Translations under genes and position numbers: made by a program
Source: Bacillota bacterium
GTDB taxonomy: Bacteria > Bacillota > Halanaerobiia > Halobacteroidales > Halobacteroidaceae
Assembly (NCBI GenBank): GCA_051746525.1
Contig: JBNJFD010000008.1
Span: forward strand, 1-24,000
DNA length: 24,000 bases
Direction of reading: 5' to 3'
Part shown: positions 8,037-15,298 of the stretch, piece by piece
Layout of the letters: each line of letters begins with the position of its first letter
Numbering within the stretch: the first letter of the stretch is position 1
Notes under the pieces: generated by a model
What the model was told of the DNA's origin: nothing
What the model saw: the letters and a program-made list of their open reading frames with translations, nothing else
The model's database searches: none

Positions 8037-10112
8037 TTGGCTGCGTCTAGAAATTCTAGTTTAGAGACAATTAGTCAGTATAGTGATTTATTATTCATAT
8101 TTGCGGTAATTATAGTAGTAGTTATGTTTATTATTCCGCTACCAACTTTTATTTTGGACTTATTACTAACTTTAAATATTAGTTTTTCATTAACTATTTT
8201 AATTTCAGCTATTTATTTGACTAATCCCCTAGAATTATCTGTATTTCCATCTTTGTTATTGATAGCAACCTTATTTAGATTAGGCTTAAATGTATCAACT
8301 ACAAGGTTGATTTTAGGACAAGCAAATGCTGGTCAAGTAATAGATGCCTTTGGTAATTTTGTTGTGGGAGGAAATTATATAGTTGGTGTTGTAATATTTG
8401 TTATTTTAGTTGCTATTCAATATATAGTAATTACTAAAGGTTCAGAAAGAGTAGCAGAAGTATCAGCACGTTTTACTTTAGATGCAATGCCGGGAAAACA
8501 AATGAGCATTGATGCTGATTTAAGCTCCGGTTTGATAACAGAAGCTGAAGCCAGGCAAAAACGTGAAGAAATAAGGCAGGAAGCTGATTTTTATGGAGCA
8601 ATGGATGGTGCAAGTAAGTTTGTTAAAGGTGATGCTATTGCTGGAATTATAATTACTTTAATTAATATTATTGGTGGTTTAGTTATTGGTATTATGCAGC
8701 AAGAGATGGGAATTAATGAAGCGTTAACTACTTATACTTTATTAACAGTAGGTGATGGTTTAGTAAGCCAAATACCTGCTTTATTGATTTCTACGGCAAC
8801 AGGGATTGTAGTAACAAGAGCAGCATCTGAAGGTAATTTAGGGCAGGACTTTACTAAGCAAATTTTTTCTCAACCTCGTACTTTATTAATTGTAAGTGCA
8901 GTAATATTTTTATTAGGTCTATTTACTCCTTTGCCTGCAGTTCCTTTCTTGTTTTTAGCTTTATCAGCTGGAACGATGGGCTATGTTTTATATCAAGCTG
9001 AGCAGGATGAACTAGAGGAAGAAGAAGCAGCAGAGGTTGCAGAAGAAGAAGCAGAAGAATATCGGGAAGAAGAAAGTATGACAGATTTATTACAGGTGGA
9101 TCCAATGGAAGTAGAAGTTGGATATAATTTAATTCCGTTAGTAGTACCTGAGCAGGGTGGGGATTTATTAGACCGAGTGTCTATGATTAGGCGGCAGTGC
9201 GCTTTAGAATTAGGTGTTGTTGTGCCCCCGATTAGAATTAGGGATAATATGCAGTTAGAGCCTAATCATTATCGAGTTAATTTAAGAGGTATAGATATTG
9301 CCGAACATGAAATTATGGCAGACAAATATATGGCTATGGATTCAGGAATGGCTACAGAAGAAATACAAGGACAAGAAACTACTGAACCAGCTTTTGGTTT
9401 AGAAGCTTTATGGATTGACGAAGATGAGAAAGAAAAAGCAGAGATGGCTGGTTATACTGTTGTTGATCCTCCTTCTGTAATAGCCACTCACTTAACAGAA
9501 TTAGTTAAAAATCATGCACATGAATTATTAAGTAGACAAGCTGTGCAGGAATTGATTGATAATGCTAGAGAAGATAGCCCAGCAGTAGTAGATGAGTTAA
9601 TTCCTGATTTAATGTCAATTGGGAAAGTACAAAAGGTACTCCAAAATTTATTGAAAGAAAAAGTTTCAATTAGAGATTTAGTTTCTATTTTAGAAGTATT
9701 AGCTGATCAAGCAAATAACACTCAAGATATTGCTGTTTTAACTGAGTATGTTCGTCAAGATGCTTTATCACGACAAATCTCTAAAAAATATAAAGATGAT
9801 AATGATAACATATATGTTATCACTTTAGACCCAGAATTAGAAGAACAGCTATCAAATTCAATTGAACATACAGACCAAGGATCATATTTGGCTTTAAATC
9901 CTGATTTTGCTCAACAAATTTATAATAGTTTAGGAGAGCAAATTCAAAATGTGAGTAATCAAGGCTATGACCCAATAGTAATTACTGCTCCTATTTTGCG
10001 TTATCATTTTAAAGAATTAACAGAACAAGTTGCCCAGGATTTAGTTGTGTTATCTTATAATGAATTGGAATCTTATATAAATGTTCAGACAGTGGGGATG
10101 GTGAGCTTATAA
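8037..10112 (+). CDS. flhA: Flagellar export gate protein FlhA
   Basis: 691 aa with FHIPEP family blocks: PLPTFILDLLLTLNISFSL.IL, RLILG, ITKGSERVAEVSARFTLDAMPGKQMSIDADL..G.I.E.EAR..R..I..EADFYGAMDGASKFVKGDAIAGI, LLTVGDGLVSQIPALLISTATGIVVTRA. A large cytoplasmic C-terminal domain follows. TTG start 10 nt after AGGAGG. Confidence 0.97.
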   Translation: MAASRNSSLETISQYSDLLFIFAVIIVVVMFIIPLPTFILDLLLTLNISFSLTILISAIYLTNPLELSVFPSLLLIATLFRLGLNVSTTRLILGQANAGQVIDAFGNFVVGGNYIVGVVIFVILVAIQYIVITKGSERVAEVSARFTLDAMPGKQMSIDADLSSGLITEAEARQKREEIRQEADFYGAMDGASKFVKGDAIAGIIITLINIIGGLVIGIMQQEMGINEALTTYTLLTVGDGLVSQIPALLISTATGIVVTRAASEGNLGQDFTKQIFSQPRTLLIVSAVIFLLGLFTPLPAVPFLFLALSAGTMGYVLYQAEQDELEEEEAAEVAEEEAEEYREEESMTDLLQVDPMEVEVGYNLIPLVVPEQGGDLLDRVSMIRRQCALELGVVVPPIRIRDNMQLEPNHYRVNLRGIDIAEHEIMADKYMAMDSGMATEEIQGQETTEPAFGLEALWIDEDEKEKAEMAGYTVVDPPSVIATHLTELVKNHAHELLSRQAVQELIDNAREDSPAVVDELIPDLMSIGKVQKVLQNLLKEKVSIRDLVSILEVLADQANNTQDIAVLTEYVRQDALSRQISKKYKDDNDNIYVITLDPELEEQLSNSIEHTDQGSYLALNPDFAQQIYNSLGEQIQNVSNQGYDPIVITAPILRYHFKELTEQVAQDLVVLSYNELESYINVQTVGMVSL

Positions 10113-11228
10113 ATGAAAGTAAAAAAATATAAAGCGCCTACTATGCAGGAAGCTGTATTAAAGGTTAAATCTGATTTAGGTTCAGAGGCTATTATTTTAG
10201 ATACTAGAAAGTTTAAAGAGGGAGGTTTTTTGGGTTTTTTTGCCCAGCAAGTAGTAGAAGTGATTGCTACTGTTGAAGCTAGTCAAAGTAAAGCGAAAAA
10301 GAAAAATGGAATTGATAATGATGATAATCAGGTAAAAAATAATTTAGAAGTATTACAAGGGCAGATGAAGCAATTAGTTGGAGAAATTGGTCAAATTAAA
10401 GATAAACAGCAAACTAATAAAGTTAATCTTGTCGGGAACAATACAGCACAAAACTTAATTGAATCATTACTGAATTTAGGATTTAGCTATGATACCGCTT
10501 GTCAATTAGCCCAGAATGTTTTTGAAAAAAACACTTCTTATAATTTAGACAAAACAGAAATAAAAGAAAATTTAAGAACTGAACTTGAAGAACTAGTAGA
10601 GAATGATAATTTTGAATTAGATTTAGAAGAAGGTACTAAAGTTGTTGCTTTAGTAGGGCCAACAGGTGTAGGGAAGACTACTACTTTAGCAAAATTAGCT
10701 GCTGATTTTACTTTGCAGCGAAACAAAAAAGTGGGTTTGGTAACTGCTGATACTTATCGAATTGCTGCTGTAGATCAATTGAAAACTTATAGTGAGATTA
10801 TTGACATTCCCCTTCAAGTTGCCTTTAGCCCTAGAGAGTTAGAGAGTACAGTTCAAAATTATCAAAGTGATTATGACTTGATATTAGTTGATACTGCAGG
10901 ACGGAGCCAAAATAATAATTTGCATATTTCTGAATTAAAGGGTTTTGTAAAAAAAGATATTATAGACGAGATATATTTAGTGGTTAGTGCTACAACTAAA
11001 ACTGAAGATATGAAAAAAATAATTGAGGTATATCAACAACTTAATTTTGATAGATTTATTATTAGTAAAGTTGATGAGACTGATTCTTTAGGAGTTATTT
11101 TTGAAGCATTATTGTTGGCGCCTAAACCGATTTCTTATGTTACTATTGGTCAAAATGTACCTGAGGATATAGAAGTAGCAAAAATAAAAAAATTAATTGA
11201 TAATATTATTGAGGGAGTAAAGCTATGA
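10113..11228 (+). CDS. flhF: Flagellar biosynthesis SRP-type GTPase FlhF
   Basis: N-terminal MKVKKYKAPTMQEAVLKVKSDLG.EAIIL......EGGFLGFF. G-domain motifs GPTGVGKTTTLAKLAA, DTYRIAAVDQL, DTAGRS and KVDET. ATG directly abuts the flhA stop. Confidence 0.93.
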   Translation: MKVKKYKAPTMQEAVLKVKSDLGSEAIILDTRKFKEGGFLGFFAQQVVEVIATVEASQSKAKKKNGIDNDDNQVKNNLEVLQGQMKQLVGEIGQIKDKQQTNKVNLVGNNTAQNLIESLLNLGFSYDTACQLAQNVFEKNTSYNLDKTEIKENLRTELEELVENDNFELDLEEGTKVVALVGPTGVGKTTTLAKLAADFTLQRNKKVGLVTADTYRIAAVDQLKTYSEIIDIPLQVAFSPRELESTVQNYQSDYDLILVDTAGRSQNNNLHISELKGFVKKDIIDEIYLVVSATTKTEDMKKIIEVYQQLNFDRFIISKVDETDSLGVIFEALLLAPKPISYVTIGQNVPEDIEVAKIKKLIDNIIEGVKL

Positions 11229-12121
11229 GGGATCAAGCCGAAAACTTAAGAAAAATGGCTCAACAAAAAAAGAATCAGTCAACTTCTACAGAATCAGAAA
11301 CTAATAAAAAAACAGGTGAAGGTGACTCTGCTAGAATTTATACAGTAACTAGCGGGAAAGGTGGGGTTGGGAAATCTAATTTCACTGCTAACTTAGCTTT
11401 AGCGCTGCAGGAGGCAGGGAAGAAAGTAGTAATTTTTGATGCAGATTTAGGATTAGCAAATTTAGATGTTATTTTGGGAGTAACACCTAATTATAATCTT
11501 AATCACGTTATTTCGGGCAAAAAAGATATTCAAGATATAATTTTGCAGGGGCCGAATAATATTCATTTAATTCCGGGAGGATCTGGAGTAGAGGAATTAG
11601 CTAATTTATCTAACTATCAACTCAATCAATTAATTGATAGTTGGAGTAAGTTAGAAACAGAATATGATATAATTTTAATTGATACAGGGGCAGGGTTATC
11701 AAAGATTGTGATAAATTTTATTTTAGCTGCTGATGAAACTTTTGTTATTTCAACTTCTGAACCGACATCAATAACTGATGCCTATGGAATGATTAAAGCT
11801 ATTTCTAAACATCAGCTTGATATTGAAGTAAAATTGGTTGTTAATCAAGCTAGTGATAAAGAGGGCACTAAAATTGCTAATCGTTTAATCAAAACAGCGC
11901 AGGAGTTTTTAGATATGGATATTACTCTGTTGGGAGTTTTACCTGAAGATAGGTCTGTTATTAAAGCTGTGAAAAAACGAAAACCGTTTTTATTAGAGTA
12001 TCCTAAATCAAAAGTTGCTAAAAAGATAAAGAGCCTTGGAGCAGAATTAATTGGGGCACCTAAAAAAGAATCCAAAGGGTTTGCTGGTTTTTTAAAGGAT
12101 GCTTTTGGATTGGGCAAGTAA
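11225..12121 (+). CDS. flhG: Flagellar number/placement ATPase FlhG (MinD/ParA family; YlxH)
   Basis: Deviant Walker A VTSGKGGVGKSNFTANLA, DADLGLANLDV, and Walker B IILIDTGAGL. C-terminal amphipathic FAGFLKDAFGLGK resembles a MinD-type membrane-targeting helix. ATGA overlap with flhF. Confidence 0.9.
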   Translation: MRDQAENLRKMAQQKKNQSTSTESETNKKTGEGDSARIYTVTSGKGGVGKSNFTANLALALQEAGKKVVIFDADLGLANLDVILGVTPNYNLNHVISGKKDIQDIILQGPNNIHLIPGGSGVEELANLSNYQLNQLIDSWSKLETEYDIILIDTGAGLSKIVINFILAADETFVISTSEPTSITDAYGMIKAISKHQLDIEVKLVVNQASDKEGTKIANRLIKTAQEFLDMDITLLGVLPEDRSVIKAVKKRKPFLLEYPKSKVAKKIKSLGAELIGAPKKESKGFAGFLKDAFGLGK

Positions 12122-12137
12122 AAAGGGGGGTAAAACG

Positions 12138-12890
12138 TTGAGAGATGGACAAAAGGTTGGAGAGTTTGATTTGCTAGAGAATTTAGAAGTTAATCAGCGA
12201 GTAGAGTTTGAAGTCCGGAATGGTGAATATGAAGGGCGGTATCCTACTCAAGTTGTTGATATAATTAATGATAGTAGATTTATAATTAATGCTCCTTTTT
12301 CTCAAGGCCGTGTAATAAGGGTTTCTGCTAATACTAAGGCAGAAATTTTTGTTAGAGGTAAAACGGCTCTTTACTCTTTGCCAGTGAGAATTGTAGATAA
12401 AGATTTTGATTCAACACATTTGTTTATAGTAGAATTGGCAGGTAAAGTTAATAAAATTCAAGATAGAAGATATTTTAGGCTTGAAATTTATAAACCAGTG
12501 GATTGTAAATTAATTAATCAAGAAAGAGATTTAGATAAATTTGAGAATATTAGGAACGAAGATTTTTTTAAAGAAATCGCTGAAGTAGAAGCAGATGAGA
12601 ATAAAGATTTTTTTGGGGTAGCTGATGATATTAGTGCTGGAGGAGTAAAATTGCTTACGGAAAAACGGTTAAAAATTGGGCAGCTATTAGATTTGAATTT
12701 AGAATTTGTGGGAGATGAATTCCGTTCAGTTTTAGGAGAGGTTATTAGAGTTAATAAAGTAGTTAAAAACAATGATGAAAGATATGAACTAGGAGTTGAG
12801 TTTTTAGGCTTAGGCAGGTCAGAAAGAGATGAATTAATGCGGTGGTTATTTGAAAAGCAGCGTGAATTGAGAAAAAAAGGACTTATTTAA
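12138..12890 (+). CDS. PilZ-domain c-di-GMP receptor (YcgR/MotI-like flagellar brake or clutch candidate)
   Basis: An N-terminal YcgR-N-like beta domain precedes the PilZ motifs RRYFR (RxxxR, nt 12465-12479) and DISAGG (DxSxxG, nt 12627-12644). AAAAGGGGGG RBS lies 7 nt upstream of TTG 12138. The track start ATG 12099 has no usable RBS spacing and would overlap flhG. Confidence 0.85.
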   Translation: MRDGQKVGEFDLLENLEVNQRVEFEVRNGEYEGRYPTQVVDIINDSRFIINAPFSQGRVIRVSANTKAEIFVRGKTALYSLPVRIVDKDFDSTHLFIVELAGKVNKIQDRRYFRLEIYKPVDCKLINQERDLDKFENIRNEDFFKEIAEVEADENKDFFGVADDISAGGVKLLTEKRLKIGQLLDLNLEFVGDEFRSVLGEVIRVNKVVKNNDERYELGVEFLGLGRSERDELMRWLFEKQRELRKKGLI

Positions 12891-12924
12891 TTTATCAAGA
12901 AAATAATAAATAGAGGTGATGAAA

Positions 12925-13557
12925 GTGAGTTTGGATTATAAACTATCAGAGCTAGGGCCATTACAATTAGATGCATTAAAGGAAGTAGCAAGTATTGGGG
13001 CTGGTAATGCGGCAACTTCTTTATCTAATATGTTAAATGGTAAAATTGAGATGACAGTTCCGGAAGTCAATATCATGCCTGTTAATCAGATTCCTGATAT
13101 AATGGGTGGCCCAGAAAATCTAATTGTAGCTATGTTAGTAGAAATAGAAGGTGATATTGAAGGCGGAGTTTTATTTGCTTTAGACACCACTGGAGCTAAT
13201 AGATTAATCGAATTATTGACTGGTCAGGAAGTGGATATTGAAGAAAATTTAGGTGAGTTAGAAAGCTCAGCTTTAAAAGAAATAGCAAACATATTGACTG
13301 GTTCTAATTTAAATGCCTTTTCTAAGATGTTGGATATGACTATCAAACCCGATGTTCCTTCTCTGGCTTATGATATGGCAGGAGCTATTTTGGAGGTTTG
13401 TTTTATAGAGCTAGGACAAGTGGGAGACTATGGTTTAGTAATTGAAACTGAATTCAATAGTGATATTGCTCAAGAAATTAACGGCAATTTCTTTTTAATT
13501 CCTGATCCAGATTCATTAGATATTATACTTCAAAAGCTTGGTGTTTTAGATGACTAA
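12925..13557 (+). CDS. cheC: CheY-P phosphatase CheC
   Basis: Two CheC repeats: DALKEVASIGAGNAATSLS... and SALKEIANILTGSNLNAFSKMLDMTIKPDVP (S-x3-E-x2-N-x22-P). Followed by and overlapping cheD. AGAGGTGAT RBS (12912-12920) favours GTG 12925. The track start 12916 lies inside the RBS. Confidence 0.88.
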   Translation: MSLDYKLSELGPLQLDALKEVASIGAGNAATSLSNMLNGKIEMTVPEVNIMPVNQIPDIMGGPENLIVAMLVEIEGDIEGGVLFALDTTGANRLIELLTGQEVDIEENLGELESSALKEIANILTGSNLNAFSKMLDMTIKPDVPSLAYDMAGAILEVCFIELGQVGDYGLVIETEFNSDIAQEINGNFFLIPDPDSLDIILQKLGVLDD

Positions 13558-14035
13558 GAAGATAAGAATAAAAATGGCCGATTTAAATGTTGGGGAGGAG
13601 GATGATATTTTAATAACTTCTGGTTTGGGGTCTTGTGTTGGTGTAACTTTGTATGATTCGAGAACTAAAATTGGAGGAATGGCTCATGTTATGTTGCCAG
13701 AATTTCCTCCCAATAGAGATAAAGGTAATCCGGCTAAATATGCTGATACAGCACTAGATATGCTAATTGATAAATTAACAAAAGCTGGTGCTAATAAAAG
13801 AAGATTTGAAGCAAAAATGGCTGGAGGAGCGCAGATGTTTAAATTCTCTAATTCGAGTGACAAAATGAGAATTGGGACTAGAAATGTTAAAGCAGTTAAA
13901 GAATATTTAAAAAAGCATAATATTCCAGTTAAAGGTTCTGAAGTTGGTAAAGATTATGGACGAACAATGGAATTTGATGTAGCAACGGGCCAAGCAACAA
14001 TTAAAACTGTTAAAAAAGATGATATTATTCTTTGA
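13550..14035 (+). CDS. cheD: Chemoreceptor glutamine deamidase CheD
   Basis: 161 aa containing ITSGLGSCVGVTLYD...KIGGMAHVMLP......NPAKYADTA...L...L...GA....FEAKMAGGAQMF........IG.RNV.AV...L....I........G...GRT.EF...TG. ATGACTAA overlap with cheC. Confidence 0.92.
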   Translation: MTKKIRIKMADLNVGEEDDILITSGLGSCVGVTLYDSRTKIGGMAHVMLPEFPPNRDKGNPAKYADTALDMLIDKLTKAGANKRRFEAKMAGGAQMFKFSNSSDKMRIGTRNVKAVKEYLKKHNIPVKGSEVGKDYGRTMEFDVATGQATIKTVKKDDIIL

Positions 14036-14061
14036 GATTATTATAGAGGAGTGTTATTAGG

Positions 14062-14466
14062 GTGAACTGGCTAGCAAGGAAATTAACAGTTGTGTTTGCA
14101 ATAATAGCTATAATTATAATTACTATTATAAGTGCAATGTCGCAGTTTAGTCTAAGTACTATTTTTATTAGAGTTGTTGTGGGGGCTTTAGTATTTGGAT
14201 TAATTGGAGGGATATTAGGGGAAATAATTTATCGCAATGTAGATATTACAGTTTCTGAAAATTATGACGTTGTAAAAGAAAATAAAACTAAAGAACAAAA
14301 TTCAGAAAGCAATTCTCAAGCTAAAAAATCTCAAACTAACAAAAACAGCTCTGATATGGAACCATTACAATTCGAAGAAGTTAATGGTCAAGATGCTGAT
14401 GTAGTTAATAACCTAGATGGAGAGCAAGGAGCAGAACTAGTGAGAGAAATGAGTCAAGAAAATTAA
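14062..14466 (+). CDS. Hypothetical small membrane protein (two predicted TM helices plus a polar/acidic tail)
   Basis: 134-aa ORF with GTG start and AGAGGAG RBS, filling the cheD-sigD gap in operon orientation. Hydrophobic segments are LTVVFAIIAIIIITIISAM and IRVVVGALVFGLIGGILGEIIY. The tail is low-complexity and rich in K/N/S/E/Q. I recognise no family motif. Confidence 0.6.
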   Translation: MNWLARKLTVVFAIIAIIIITIISAMSQFSLSTIFIRVVVGALVFGLIGGILGEIIYRNVDITVSENYDVVKENKTKEQNSESNSQAKKSQTNKNSSDMEPLQFEEVNGQDADVVNNLDGEQGAELVREMSQEN

Positions 14467-14479
14467 GGAGGCCTAAATT

Positions 14480-15268
14480 ATGGGAACTAATAAAGATTTA
14501 AGTGAAGATGAATTATGGGCCAAGTACAAACAAAGCGGTTCCCAATCCGTTAGAGAAAAACTTATTTTAAAATATGTACCCTTGGTAAAACATATTGCTG
14601 GCAAAGTAATTATTAATATTCCTGATAAATATAGTTTTGATGATTTAGTTAACTACGGAATTTTAGGTTTAATGGATGCTTTAGAAAGATTCGACCCCAG
14701 TAGAAATATTAAATTTTCTACCTATGCAGTGCCTAGAATTAAAGGAGCAATTTATGATGAAGTTAGAAAACTTGATTGGGTTCCTCAATCAATTAGGAAA
14801 AAAGCTAAAGATTTCACTGCAGCACTAATGCATTTAGAAAAAAAGTTAGGGAGAGCTCCTGATGATGATGAGCTTAAAGAAGAATTAGGACTGAATTCTA
14901 AACAGTATAAAAAGATGTTGTCTGAAATTAACATCCCTAATAATGTCTCATTAGATAAGGTGATTTCTTTTAAAGATAATGATAGATTAACAATAAAAGA
15001 TTTAGTAGAAGATTCTCAAGAAGAACAGCCAGACCAAGTTTTTAGTTATAATCAAATGAAAGAAATCTTAGGAGCAGCTCTTGAAAAATTACCAAAGAAA
15101 GAAAAACTAGTCATTAGTTTATATTATTATGAAGATTTAAACCTGCGGGAAATAGGTGAAGTGATGGATTTAACTACTGCTAGGATTTCTCAACTGCATA
15201 CTAAATCAATTTTTAGATTACGTGGATATTTGGGACAGAAAAAAGATATGTTAGTGAAATTTAGTTAA
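14480..15268 (+). CDS. sigD: Flagellar sigma factor sigma-28 (SigD/FliA/WhiG family)
   Basis: Region 2: L..KY.PLVKHIA.K.......FDDLV.YG..GL.DA.ERFDP.....F.TYA.PRI.GAI.DE.R..DW.P. Region 4 HTH: LSLYYYE.LNLREIGEVMDLTTARISQLHTKSIFRLR. AAGGAGG RBS. Canonical position after cheD. Confidence 0.93.
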   Translation: MGTNKDLSEDELWAKYKQSGSQSVREKLILKYVPLVKHIAGKVIINIPDKYSFDDLVNYGILGLMDALERFDPSRNIKFSTYAVPRIKGAIYDEVRKLDWVPQSIRKKAKDFTAALMHLEKKLGRAPDDDELKEELGLNSKQYKKMLSEINIPNNVSLDKVISFKDNDRLTIKDLVEDSQEEQPDQVFSYNQMKEILGAALEKLPKKEKLVISLYYYEDLNLREIGEVMDLTTARISQLHTKSIFRLRGYLGQKKDMLVKFS

Positions 15269-15298
15269 TAATTATTAGAATGGGGGTTGGAAGTGAAG

